A stretch of 64,000 bases of DNA, from the NCBI GenBank assembly GCA_016188005.1, contig JACPIQ010000012.1, positions 15,224 to 79,223 on the forward strand. The letters run 5' to 3'. The translations under genes were made by a program, and so were the position numbers. Under the pieces are notes generated by a model. That model was not told where the DNA came from, made no database searches, and was given only the letters and a program-made list of their open reading frames with translations. Source of the DNA: Candidatus Rokuibacteriota bacterium (GTDB taxonomy: Bacteria > Methylomirabilota > Methylomirabilia > Rokubacteriales > CSP1-6). Shown here in pieces: positions 37,784 through 46,867 of the stretch; position 1 is the first letter of the stretch, and every line of letters starts with the position of its first letter.

Positions 37784-38734
37784 CTACCGGGGGACGGGAG
37801 TGTCCTGGACCAGCGCACGGATGATCGACTCGCCGTCCGCGCCGCCGCCGGCCTGGCCCAGCGCCGCCTTGACGATCACGCGGTGGGCCAGCGCCGGCAC
37901 CGCCAGCGCCTTCACGTCGTCGGGCACCAGATAGTCCCGCCCGTCGCAGAGCGCCCGGGCGCGCGCCGCGCGCAGGAGCGCGATCGAACCCCTCGGGCTG
38001 ACGCCGAGGCTCAGGAACGGCGAGGCGCGCGTGGCCGCCACCAGCGCCATCAGGTAGTCGAGCACCGACTCCTCGGCCCGCACACGCTCGGCCTCGGCCT
38101 GGAGCGCCAGCACCTCCCGTGCGCTCAGCACGGGCTCGACGCTCTCCTGCGGAGCGCCGCCCGCGCCCCGCAGAATCGCCTTCTCGTCGGGAGCGCCCGG
38201 GTAGCCGATCCGGATCCTGAGCAGGAAGCGGTCGAGCTGCGACTCGGGGAGCGGGAAGGTCCCCTCGTACTCGCGGGGGTTCTGGGTCGCCAGCACCATG
38301 AACGGGCGCGGCAGCGGGTAGGTGGCGTGGTCGAGGGAGACCTGCGCCTCGTTCATGGCCTCGAGGAGACTGGACTGGGTCTTGGGCGTGGTCCGGTTGA
38401 TCTCGTCGGCCAGCACGATGTTGGTGAAGAGCGGCCCGGGCTTGAAGACGAACTCGCCCTTCTCGGGCTGGTAGATGGAGACGCCGATGACATCCGAGGG
38501 GAGCATGTCGGAGGTGAACTGGATGCGCTGGAAGCCGCAGCCGATGGAGCGGGCCAGCGCCGCGCCGAGCGTCGTCTTGCCCACCCCGGGCACGTCCTCG
38601 ATGAGGAGGTGGCCGCGGGCCAGGAGTCCGGTCACCGCCAGGCGCACCACCTCGGGCTTGCCGACCAGGGCCCGGCCGACGCTCTCCTCGAGGCGGCGGA
38701 TCTGCTCCAGGGCACGCTGCATGGCCTCTTTCAT
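37784..38734 (-). CDS. MoxR-family AAA+ ATPase
   Basis: Start MKEAMQRALEQI. Walker A GVPGVGKTTLG. Walker B LLADEINR. MoxR-specific arrangement. Normally followed by DUF58 and transglutaminase genes. Confidence 0.9.
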   Translation of the reverse strand: MKEAMQRALEQIRRLEESVGRALVGKPEVVRLAVTGLLARGHLLIEDVPGVGKTTLGAALARSIGCGFQRIQFTSDMLPSDVIGVSIYQPEKGEFVFKPGPLFTNIVLADEINRTTPKTQSSLLEAMNEAQVSLDHATYPLPRPFMVLATQNPREYEGTFPLPESQLDRFLLRIRIGYPGAPDEKAILRGAGGAPQESVEPVLSAREVLALQAEAERVRAEESVLDYLMALVAATRASPFLSLGVSPRGSIALLRAARARALCDGRDYLVPDDVKALAVPALAHRVIVKAALGQAGGGADGESIIRALVQDTPVPR

Positions 38735-38768
38735 ACTACAACCAAGCCGGCTACTATGAGCGTCACCC

Positions 38769-39599
38769 ATGACTGCCCCACGAGGCGCCGCTGGAACGCC
38801 GCCCCGCTGGCCCCGGGATGCCCGGGCTGCCTGCGCCTTCACCTTCGACCTCGACGCCGAGACCCTCTGGATGGCGCGGGGCATCAGCGAGCCCGTGACG
38901 CTCTCCCAGGGGCGCTTCGGCCCCGTGGAGGCGTTGCCGCGCATCCTCGACATCCTGCGCCTGGCGGGCATCCGCGCCTCCTTCTTCATCCCCGCCTGGG
39001 TCGCCAGCCACTACCCCGACGCCGTCCGGTCCATCGCCGGCGCGGGGCACGAGGTGGGCTGCCACGGGGACGAGCACGAGCGGGTGAGCGAGCTCGGGCC
39101 CGACCGGGAGGAGGCGATTCTCCTCAAGAGCCTCGAGGTGCTGACACCTCTGGCGGGCAAGCGCCCCGTGGGCTACCGCGCGCCGGCCTGGCAGTTCTCC
39201 GCCAGCACCCTCGGGCTCGTCACCCGCCACGGCTTCGACTACTCCTCGAACATGATGGACAGCCTCGCGCCCTATCTCCACCCGCCCGTCGAGGGGCGCT
39301 CGCTGGTGGAGATCCCCGTCTCGTGGGTGCTCGACGACGCCCCGTTCTTCATGTTCACGGGGCAGCGGAGCATCCAGGCGCCGGGGCCGGTGCTCCAGGG
39401 CTGGCTCACCGAGTTCGACGGCATCAGCGAGGTGCATGGCGTGACCAACTTCACCTTCCACCCGCAGATCATCGGCCGCCCCTCGCGGCTGGCCTGCCTG
39501 CGGGAGCTGGTGGACCACGTCCGCCACACCCCGCGCACGTGGGTGGCCACGCTTGGCGAGATCAGCGCCCACTGGCGGCAGCGTGGCGCCAGGACGTGA
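38769..39599 (+). CDS. polysaccharide deacetylase (NodB-homology domain) family protein
   Basis: TFDLD...HGDEHE...YRAPAW NodB motifs. Confidence 0.8.
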   Translation: MTAPRGAAGTPPRWPRDARAACAFTFDLDAETLWMARGISEPVTLSQGRFGPVEALPRILDILRLAGIRASFFIPAWVASHYPDAVRSIAGAGHEVGCHGDEHERVSELGPDREEAILLKSLEVLTPLAGKRPVGYRAPAWQFSASTLGLVTRHGFDYSSNMMDSLAPYLHPPVEGRSLVEIPVSWVLDDAPFFMFTGQRSIQAPGPVLQGWLTEFDGISEVHGVTNFTFHPQIIGRPSRLACLRELVDHVRHTPRTWVATLGEISAHWRQRGART

Positions 39600-39799
39600 G
39601 CACGACCATGGTCCAAGCTCCCGCGTGAACCGCGGCCCCGCCGGCGTCCGTCGACACCACGGTGCCGCCCTGATTCTCGAGGACAGATGCCAGGCCGGCC
39701 AGCGCGGCGTACCCGCGGCGGCGACGCGAGAAAAGGTGGTCGTCGGGTGAAGCGGGGCGACATCTCGGGAGGGTCGGCCATCGGCTAGGGAGGTCGCAG

Positions 39800-40063
39800 T
39801 TGAATCCGACCGCATGGCCGGACTGGTGGGACTGGGAACTGGACCTCAGTCCCCACTTGATCAAGCGGATGGACGATCGGCGCTTCAGCGAGATCGACCT
39901 CCGGCGAATGTTGCAACGGGCGTCCGGCCGTCGTGAAGACGTCGTCGAGGGCCGCTGGGTCATCGAAACACGATACCGCGGGAGGGCATGGGAGGTTATC
40001 GTAGAGCCGGACCAGGAGCGGCAGCTGCTGGTCGTCGTCACCGCGTACCCGATCTGGGAGTGA
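39800..40063 (+). CDS. DUF4258-family protein (putative type II toxin)
   Basis: 87 aa. HLIKRMDDRRFSEIDLRRML...EVIVEPD pattern of DUF4258. 5-nt gap to the DUF2283 gene. Confidence 0.55.
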   Translation: MNPTAWPDWWDWELDLSPHLIKRMDDRRFSEIDLRRMLQRASGRREDVVEGRWVIETRYRGRAWEVIVEPDQERQLLVVVTAYPIWE

Positions 40064-40068
40064 GGGAT

Positions 40069-40338
40069 ATGAAGAACTCGTACTTGGAGGTTACCTTTCG
40101 ACACGGTCAGCCTCTGGCGGCCTACCTCTACCTTCCACGGGGGCCGCGCGACAAGAGCTATCGGACCGAGAGGGCGGCACGCGGCTTGGTGATCGACTTC
40201 AACCGAGGCGGCAAGCCCATTGGCATCGAGATCACGGCACCAGCCAAGCTGTCCGCAGCAGCCCTCAACCGGGTCTTGCGTCGCTTGGGCCTACCGGCCG
40301 TGACGCGCGCTGACCTGGCGCCCCTTCGAGCTGCGTGA
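40069..40338 (+). CDS. DUF2283-family protein (putative antitoxin partner)
   Basis: MKNSYLEVTFRHGQPLAAYLYLP...GLVIDFNRGGKPIGIEI matches DUF2283. Confidence 0.5.
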   Translation: MKNSYLEVTFRHGQPLAAYLYLPRGPRDKSYRTERAARGLVIDFNRGGKPIGIEITAPAKLSAAALNRVLRRLGLPAVTRADLAPLRAA

Positions 40339-40416
40339 CATCCCGCCAACCTGACGACGCCTTCGCCGACTCCGGGAGATTGGCGCGGAGGTTCGAGAAG
40401 CCCCGCAGTCGGCTCT

Positions 40417-41370
40417 CTAGCGGGGGGGGTCGCCCACCGCGCGGAAGGCCGGGGCCACCTCCGAGATGAAGCGGTCGAGGGCGGGGCGCCGGTCGCGGGG
40501 CAGGAACATGGTGGGGACGAAGAGCATGCCCACGCCCGCCTCGGCGAGGCGACCGAGGGTGTCGCGGATCTGGCCGGCGCTGCCCCCGAGCACCGTGTCG
40601 CGGGCCCTGGCCTCGTCGGCGCCGAGGCGGGCCATATAGAGGCGCTGCGCCTTCTCGATCTCCCCGGGATCCTCGGTCATCGCCAGCACCATGTTCGCCG
40701 AGCGCAGGAGCGTGGCGGGATCGCGGCCCACGGCGCCGCAATGCTCCTCGAGGATCTTCCCCTTCTGCGCGAGGGGCAGGGGCCCGCCCCAGACATTCCA
40801 GTGGTCGGCCCAGCGTGCCGCGATGCGGAGCGTGACCTTCTCGCCGCCGCCCCCGATCATGAGCTCGGGATGCGGGCGCTGCACGGGCTTCGGCATGAGC
40901 GGCGCGTCCGCCAGAGTGTAGTACTTGCCCGTGAAGTTCGCCCTCGGCTGTGTCCAGAGCGCCGTGAGTACCTGGCAGGCCTCCGCCAGCCGTCCGAGGC
41001 GCTCGCCGACGGTGTAGAAGGGGATGCCGTAGGCCTGGTGCTCGTTCTCCTGCCACCCCGCCCCGAGGCCGCAGATGAGCCGTCCCCCGGAGATGATGTC
41101 CACGGTCGTGGCCGTCTTCGCGAGGACCGCCGGATGGCGATAGGTGTTGCCGGAGACGATGGTGCCAACGCGCATGCGTGAGGTGAGCGCCGCCAGCCCG
41201 GACAGCGTGGACCAGCACTCGAGCGCATCGCCCTGGCGGTCGGGCGTGTTCGGCATGAAGTGGTCGGTGACGCAGGCGGCGTCCCAGCCAGTCGCCTCAG
41301 CGTGGCGCCAGAGGGCAGCGACGTCCTCCCACGTGGTGCCGGTGAGCCCGGTGAAGATCCCGAATCGCAT
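40417..41370 (-). CDS. LLM-class F420-dependent oxidoreductase
   Basis: Start MRFGIFTGL inside a long artefactual ORF. PHPELMIGGGG. Confidence 0.8.
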   Translation of the reverse strand: MRFGIFTGLTGTTWEDVAALWRHAEATGWDAACVTDHFMPNTPDRQGDALECWSTLSGLAALTSRMRVGTIVSGNTYRHPAVLAKTATTVDIISGGRLICGLGAGWQENEHQAYGIPFYTVGERLGRLAEACQVLTALWTQPRANFTGKYYTLADAPLMPKPVQRPHPELMIGGGGEKVTLRIAARWADHWNVWGGPLPLAQKGKILEEHCGAVGRDPATLLRSANMVLAMTEDPGEIEKAQRLYMARLGADEARARDTVLGGSAGQIRDTLGRLAEAGVGMLFVPTMFLPRDRRPALDRFISEVAPAFRAVGDPPR

Positions 41371-41421
41371 GGACGGCCTCCTCGGTGAGATGAGTGAGGG
41401 TAGCATAGCGGAGGCCCACCC

Positions 41422-42399
41422 ATGGAGCATGCGACCGAGCGGGAGATCCTGGTCATCCACCCCGGGGCCCTGGGCGACGTGCTGCAGGCTGTCCCGGCGC
41501 TCCGGGCGCTGAGGCGTCTCGAGGGCTGCTGCCACCTCGCGCTGGCTGCTCAGCCGCGGATCGGGCGGCTGCTGGCCGGAGCGGGCGAGGTGGACGAGGC
41601 GCTCGCCTTCGACGGGCTCGGCCTCGAGGCGCTCTTCGCGGGCGAGCCTCCGCCTCCCGCCCTGGCGGCCCGTCTCGCGCGCGCCGCCCGCCTCGTCTCC
41701 TGGTTCGCCGCGAGCGACGCGCGGTACCCCGACGGGCTCCGGGCTCTCGCCCACTCCGTGGTCATCGCCGCCCCGGTGCCCGACGACTCGTTCACCGGCG
41801 CCGTCTGGCAGCACCTGCTGGCGACGCTCGGAGCGTGGCACGTGACGGCGGCGCCCCCGCTCTCCCCCATCAGGCTCCCCGAGGCGTGGCGGACGCAGGC
41901 GCGCGAGGCGCTCGCCGGGCTCGGCGCCAGGCCGGGACGCCCCATCCTCGCCGTGCACCCGGGAGCCGGTGGTGCGTGGAAGCGGTGGCCGGCGGGAGAC
42001 CTGGCGCGGGTGCTCCAGGAGGTGGTCAGGAAGACCGGCTGCCAGATCGTCGTCCACGAGGGCCCCGCCGACGCCGAGGCGGCCGCCGCGCTCCTCGGAG
42101 CGCTGGGCGGAGCCGAGAGGGAGGCTCCGGTCCTCAGGCTGGTCGGGCCGGACCTGCCGCTCCTGGCCGGCGTCCTCCAGGCCTCCGCCGCCTTCCTCGG
42201 CGCCGACTCCGGCGTGAGCCACGTCGCGGCGGCTGTGGGGGCCGCGGCGGTGATCGGCTTCCCTGCGGCCACCCGGGAGCGCTGGGCCCCGTGGAGCCCC
42301 ACGGCGCTCCCCCTCCTCGCAGGGGCCCCCGAGGGCGTGCCGGACCGCGTGGCCGAGGCCGTCGTCGCTCGGATTGACTCCTCCCGCAGGCGTGCCTAG
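41422..42399 (+). CDS. glycosyltransferase family 9 (heptosyltransferase-like)
   Basis: ILVIHPGALGDVLQAVPALRAL N-terminus and C-terminal GADSGVSHVAAAVG motif of GT9. Confidence 0.7.
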   Translation: MEHATEREILVIHPGALGDVLQAVPALRALRRLEGCCHLALAAQPRIGRLLAGAGEVDEALAFDGLGLEALFAGEPPPPALAARLARAARLVSWFAASDARYPDGLRALAHSVVIAAPVPDDSFTGAVWQHLLATLGAWHVTAAPPLSPIRLPEAWRTQAREALAGLGARPGRPILAVHPGAGGAWKRWPAGDLARVLQEVVRKTGCQIVVHEGPADAEAAAALLGALGGAEREAPVLRLVGPDLPLLAGVLQASAAFLGADSGVSHVAAAVGAAAVIGFPAATRERWAPWSPTALPLLAGAPEGVPDRVAEAVVARIDSSRRRA

Positions 42400-42421
42400 A
42401 CTTCAGTCACGGGAGGTCACG

Positions 42422-42958
42422 ATGGAGGGGCCGATGAGCGAGTTCATGGACGAGTACTCCGAATCGCTCGATCAGGACTTCCGGAAGATCGGCGGAGCCC
42501 TGCTCAACGACACGGTCCAGTTGCTCGCGCCCAGCGAGCCCATCCGCTTGCTCCCGGATGCCTCGGTCCAGGACGCGATCGACCGCATGGCGGAGAAACA
42601 CCGCGCGGCCGTGGTCGTCGTGGACACCGACGGGCGCCTCACCGGGATCTTCACCGAGCGGGATGTCCTGATCCGGGTGCTGGGTCAGGGGCGCGACGCG
42701 CGCCAGACGAAGCTCGGGGAGATCATGACGCCCGATCCCGAGGCGCTCTCCCCCCAGGACCGCATCTGCTACGCCGTGAACCGGATGAGCACGGCCGGCC
42801 ACCGCACGATCCCGCTGGTGGACGGAGAGCGCCGGCCCATCGGGGTCGTGACGGTCAACGACATCGTGAAGTGGCTGGCCGAGATCTTCCCCGAAGCCGT
42901 CCTCAACCTCCGCCCCGGCGACACGCTGAAGCACCCCCTGCAGATCGACTCGGGATAG
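42422..42958 (+). CDS. CBS-domain pair protein
   Basis: Two CBS repeats (VVVVDTDGRLTGIFTERDVL ; IPLVDGERRPIGVVTVNDIV). Confidence 0.75.
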   Translation: MEGPMSEFMDEYSESLDQDFRKIGGALLNDTVQLLAPSEPIRLLPDASVQDAIDRMAEKHRAAVVVVDTDGRLTGIFTERDVLIRVLGQGRDARQTKLGEIMTPDPEALSPQDRICYAVNRMSTAGHRTIPLVDGERRPIGVVTVNDIVKWLAEIFPEAVLNLRPGDTLKHPLQIDSG

Positions 42959-42982
42959 CGTCAGCGGCCGGCGGCGTCGCGG

Positions 42983-43324
42983 TCAGGACTCGGGCGCGGA
43001 CTCCTCGGCGGTCTCGGTCAGCAGGACCCAGTCGTCGGGCTCGTTCGGGGCGGGGCGGCTCCCCAACGCGGTGGTGACAGTGCGGCTGCGGCTGGGAGAG
43101 AACCACTCCCAGACTCCCTGGGGCGCGGCGGTCGTGGGCGCCTCGCCCATCTCGGGCCCCGCCACCCCTGCCTCGGTCCGCTCGGTCTTGCGCAGCCGCT
43201 TCTCTTCCTGCTTCGCCCGCCGCAGCTGATCCCGCCGCCTTCGCTCGAATCCGTAGTTCTGGCGCGCGCTCATGAGCGCGGCGTCGAGGTCATCCGACGA
43301 GGTGCAGGCACGTGCATCGTCCAC
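42983..43324 (-). CDS. hypothetical protein (charged, RK/E-rich; may be non-coding)
   Basis: ORF only. No recognisable domain. Confidence 0.2.
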   Translation of the reverse strand: MDDARACTSSDDLDAALMSARQNYGFERRRRDQLRRAKQEEKRLRKTERTEAGVAGPEMGEAPTTAAPQGVWEWFSPSRSRTVTTALGSRPAPNEPDDWVLLTETAEESAPES

Positions 43325-43436
43325 TCCTGGCGGTGATGCTGTCGCGTGAAGGCCAATGCGTCCGATCGGTTCCGACCGGACAGGACACGCCGGAGTTTAC
43401 ACGAAGGCCGCGAGGATTGCGAGGGCCTGGCCCCGA

Positions 43437-44747
43437 TCAGATGAAGCCGGGGCGCGGCTTCGGCTCCTGGGTCGGCTCCAGCTCGCGCGTCCCGGGCAAG
43501 GGGCCCGTCGCGGTCCAGTAGCGCGTCCCCGCCACGATCAGGGTCTCGGCGGGGAAGCGCGTCAGCACCTCGTGCCCCGTCTCGGTGACCAGGATCTCCT
43601 CCTCGATGCGCGCCGCCGACCAGCCGTCGGAGGCCGGCCAGAAGTTCTCCAGCGCGAAGACCATGCCGGCCTCGAGCGGCACCGGGTGGTCGAGGGAGAC
43701 GAGGCGGCTCATGACGGGTTGCTCCCAGATGGAGAGCCCCACGCCGTGCCCGTACTGCAGGCCGAAGCAGGCCTCCTCGTCCGGAAAGCCGAACTCCTGG
43801 GCGCGGGGCCACGTGGCGGCGATGTCCGCGGTGGTGATGCCCGGCTTGACCATGGCGATGGCCTGGTCCAGCATGTCGCGGCAGCGCTTGTAGGCGTCCA
43901 CCATGGCCGGCGAGGCGCTGCCCACGGCGAAGGAGCGATAGTAGCAGGTGCGGTAGCCCATGTAGGAGTGCAGGATGTCGAAGTACGCGGGGTCGCCCGG
44001 CCGCAGCACGCGGTCCGAGAAGACGTGCGGGTGCGGGTTGCAGCGCTCCCCGGCGATGGCGTTGACCGCCTCGACGTCCTCGGAGCCGAGGTCGTAGAGG
44101 GTCTTGGCCGCGACGCCCACCAGCTCATTCTCGCGGATCCCCGGCTTGAGCGCGTGGTAGAGGTCCTCGTAGGCGGCGTCCACCATCATGGCGGCGGTGT
44201 TGAGCAGGATGATCTCGTCGCGCGTCTTGATCCGCCGGGCCACCTGCATGAGCTGCTGGCCGTCCACCACCCGGAGCCCTTCCTTCTGCAAGGCCTCCAG
44301 GATCGGCAGCTCGATCACGTCCACCCCCAGCGGCTCGCGGTGGAGCCCCCGCGCCTCCAGTTCCCGCCTGATCTTCCGCGCCAGGTCCTCGGCCCGTCCC
44401 ATCTCGGGCGTCATGGCGCCTCGGAGGAGCGAGATGCCCGCGCGCGAGCGGTCGCCGAGCCACGGGCAGTAGAGCTGATGGTGGCGGGCCGCCGAGCCGA
44501 AGTCCCACATGATCGGGTCGTCGCCACGCGGCAGGAGTGTGAAGCGCGAGAGCTTGTCGCGCGCCCACTCCCCGATGGTCGTGTTCGTGATGTAGCGGAT
44601 GTTGTACATGTCGAAGCAGAGGAGGCCGGCCAGCTCCGAGCGGTCGAGCGCCCCCCGCACCCGGGCCAGGCGCTCGCGGCGCAGCCGGTCGAAGTTGACG
44701 CGCTCTTCCCAGTCCACGCCCATGGTCCCGTAGGTCGGCAGCGCCAT
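43437..44747 (-). CDS. M24-family metallopeptidase (creatinase/Xaa-Pro dipeptidase/ectoine-hydrolase-like)
   Basis: Creatinase_N-like N-terminal domain plus pita-bread C-terminal domain with metal ligands (D...D...H...E...E, e.g. GHGVGLSIWE). Confidence 0.85.
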   Translation of the reverse strand: MALPTYGTMGVDWEERVNFDRLRRERLARVRGALDRSELAGLLCFDMYNIRYITNTTIGEWARDKLSRFTLLPRGDDPIMWDFGSAARHHQLYCPWLGDRSRAGISLLRGAMTPEMGRAEDLARKIRRELEARGLHREPLGVDVIELPILEALQKEGLRVVDGQQLMQVARRIKTRDEIILLNTAAMMVDAAYEDLYHALKPGIRENELVGVAAKTLYDLGSEDVEAVNAIAGERCNPHPHVFSDRVLRPGDPAYFDILHSYMGYRTCYYRSFAVGSASPAMVDAYKRCRDMLDQAIAMVKPGITTADIAATWPRAQEFGFPDEEACFGLQYGHGVGLSIWEQPVMSRLVSLDHPVPLEAGMVFALENFWPASDGWSAARIEEEILVTETGHEVLTRFPAETLIVAGTRYWTATGPLPGTRELEPTQEPKPRPGFI

Positions 44748-44749
44748 GT

Positions 44750-45655
44750 CTAGTCTCCTGTCGTCGGCTTCGGGCTAGGGTTCGAGCCACTCAGGTAGGC
44801 CAGCACGTCGAAGAGCACCGCGAAGTCGTGGCGGCCCAGGCCGAGGCCCTGGGCGGCCGCGAGCATCTCCCCGGTGAGCGCGGTGGTGGGCAGCGGCACG
44901 CCCAGCCGTCGCCCGAGATCCAGCGCGAGGCCCAGGTCCTTCTGCATCATCCCCACGTCGAACCACGCCTCGGCGGGCATGCCGAGGACGAAGGGGCCGC
45001 GATACTTGACCATGGGGGAGGCGATGACGCTCCGGAGCAGCACCTGCACGGCCCGCTCGCGCGCGATCCCGGCCTTCTCGGCCAGCAGCACGGCCTCGCT
45101 GAAGGCCGCCATCTGCACCGCGAGCCCCAGGTTGGTGGCGATCTTCATCGTGACCGCCAGCCCGAGGGCGCCCACGTGCGTGATGGTGGGACCGATGGCC
45201 GCGAGGTACGGGCGCACCCGATCGAGCGCCGCCGGGGCGCCCCCGACCATGAAGGAGAGCTGGCCCTGCTCGAGCGTCGCGACGCTGCCGGACACGGGGG
45301 CGTCCAGCATTGCCGCCCCGCAGGCGGCGACTTGCGCCCCCAGCGCGCGGGTGGCCTCGGGGCTCACCGTGCTCATCTCCACATACACCGCGCCCGGCCG
45401 CAGCCCCGCGAGGATGCCGTCGGCGCCCCCGGTCACCGCGGCCAGCGCCTTCGTGTCGGTGACCATGCTGAAGACGACCTCGCCGGCCTCGGCGACCTCA
45501 CGGGGGGAACCGGCCACCTTCATCCCCGCCGCCGCCAGCCACAGCGCCTTCGCGGGGGTCCGGTTGTAGCCGACGACGGGGAAACCGGCGCCGAGGAGCC
45601 GCTTCACCATGCGGCCGCCCATGGCGCCGAGCCCGACGAAGCCGAGGGGAGGCAT
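44750..45655 (-). CDS. NAD(P)-binding 3-hydroxyisobutyrate/6-phosphogluconate dehydrogenase-like oxidoreductase
   Basis: MPPLGFVGLGAMGGRM Rossmann N-terminus. HIBADH family length. Confidence 0.8.
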   Translation of the reverse strand: MPPLGFVGLGAMGGRMVKRLLGAGFPVVGYNRTPAKALWLAAAGMKVAGSPREVAEAGEVVFSMVTDTKALAAVTGGADGILAGLRPGAVYVEMSTVSPEATRALGAQVAACGAAMLDAPVSGSVATLEQGQLSFMVGGAPAALDRVRPYLAAIGPTITHVGALGLAVTMKIATNLGLAVQMAAFSEAVLLAEKAGIARERAVQVLLRSVIASPMVKYRGPFVLGMPAEAWFDVGMMQKDLGLALDLGRRLGVPLPTTALTGEMLAAAQGLGLGRHDFAVLFDVLAYLSGSNPSPKPTTGD

Positions 45656-45820
45656 GCGCAGTAGACTAGCGCGACTCGAGACGCTCTGCACCCCGTCGGC
45701 GGCGATGCTGGCCGCAGGCGCCCTTGAACGGCGGCACCGGCCGGGAGTAAGCTAGCGCATCGTTTCGGGCCCCGCCCGGGCTCGCGCGGCTATACTCACG
45801 CCCCATGCGGAGGACACACC

Positions 45821-46852
45821 ATGCGGACATCCGTCGGACGCAGGGCGCTCGCCGGTATCACCGCCCTGAGCCTCGCGCTGTGGGCGAGCCCGGCCTTCGC
45901 CCAGGGCCAGGCCGTCAGCATCGGCACCAACCCGCCGGGGTCGGTCTTCTACTCGGTGGGCAGCGGTCTGGCCAAGGTCGTCAGCGATAGCGGCAAGCTC
46001 AAGATGGCCGTCCAGCCCTACGCGGGGTCGAGCACCTTCATCCCGATGCTCAACAGCGGCGAGATGGAGTTCGGCGTCGTCAACGCGGTGGACATGGCGC
46101 TGGCCTATCGGGGCCCAGGCTTCAAGATCGGCGGGCGCAATCCCTTCCCCCATGCGTCGAACGCCCGGCTCGTCATGCGGGGTTCGCCGCTCCTGGTGGG
46201 CCTCGTGGTGCGGAAGGACTCACCGATCAAGAGCGTCCACGACGTCAAGGGCAAGCGGATGACCGGTGAGTACCCCGCGCACCTGGCCGTCTGGTACAAC
46301 ATGTTCGGCCACCTGGCGAGCGCGGGGCTCACCTGGAGCGACGTGAAAGTGGTGCCGGTCCCGGCGATCAACGAGGGCATGGACGCCCTGGTCCAGGGCC
46401 GCGCCGACGTGACCGAGTACGCGCTCAACGCGGCCAAGGTCAAGGAAGCCGACGCGGCAGTCGGCGTTCGCCACGTCTCCATCGACTGCTCGCCCGAGGG
46501 AGAGCGGCGCCTCCGCGCGGCCGTGCCCGGGTACTACCCGCGCGTCGTCAAGGCCGGGACGGCGACCGCCGTCACCGAGGATACCTGCGTCATCGCCTAC
46601 GACCTCTACGTGGCGACGGGCAAGGGCGTCGCCGACGCGCCGGTGGAGAGCACGCTGCGCGCGATCTGGGACGGCGTGGACAGGCTGCCGGCGGCCCACC
46701 CCGTGTTCAGGGAATGGACGCGAGGGCGCTTCGTGGACGTGGATGCGACCCTTCCCTATCATCCCGCCGCCGTCCGCTTCTACAAGGAGCGCGGCGTCTG
46801 GACGCCACAGATGGAGCAGGCGCAGCAGAAGCTCCTGTCGCTGAACCCGTAG
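45821..46852 (+). CDS. TAXI-family TRAP transporter solute receptor
   Basis: Signal peptide, TAXI family (Imp/TRAP-associated) pattern. Immediately followed by the fused permease. Confidence 0.8.
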   Translation: MRTSVGRRALAGITALSLALWASPAFAQGQAVSIGTNPPGSVFYSVGSGLAKVVSDSGKLKMAVQPYAGSSTFIPMLNSGEMEFGVVNAVDMALAYRGPGFKIGGRNPFPHASNARLVMRGSPLLVGLVVRKDSPIKSVHDVKGKRMTGEYPAHLAVWYNMFGHLASAGLTWSDVKVVPVPAINEGMDALVQGRADVTEYALNAAKVKEADAAVGVRHVSIDCSPEGERRLRAAVPGYYPRVVKAGTATAVTEDTCVIAYDLYVATGKGVADAPVESTLRAIWDGVDRLPAAHPVFREWTRGRFVDVDATLPYHPAAVRFYKERGVWTPQMEQAQQKLLSLNP

Positions 46853-46867
46853 GGCCGGGCCGCCCCG

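Noticed and set aside
37640-39628. 662-aa plus-strand ORF over MoxR and polysaccharide deacetylase region
   Set aside because: Antisense to MoxR with repetitive Arg/Gly content. The real genes are MoxR (minus) and the deacetylase (another plus frame).
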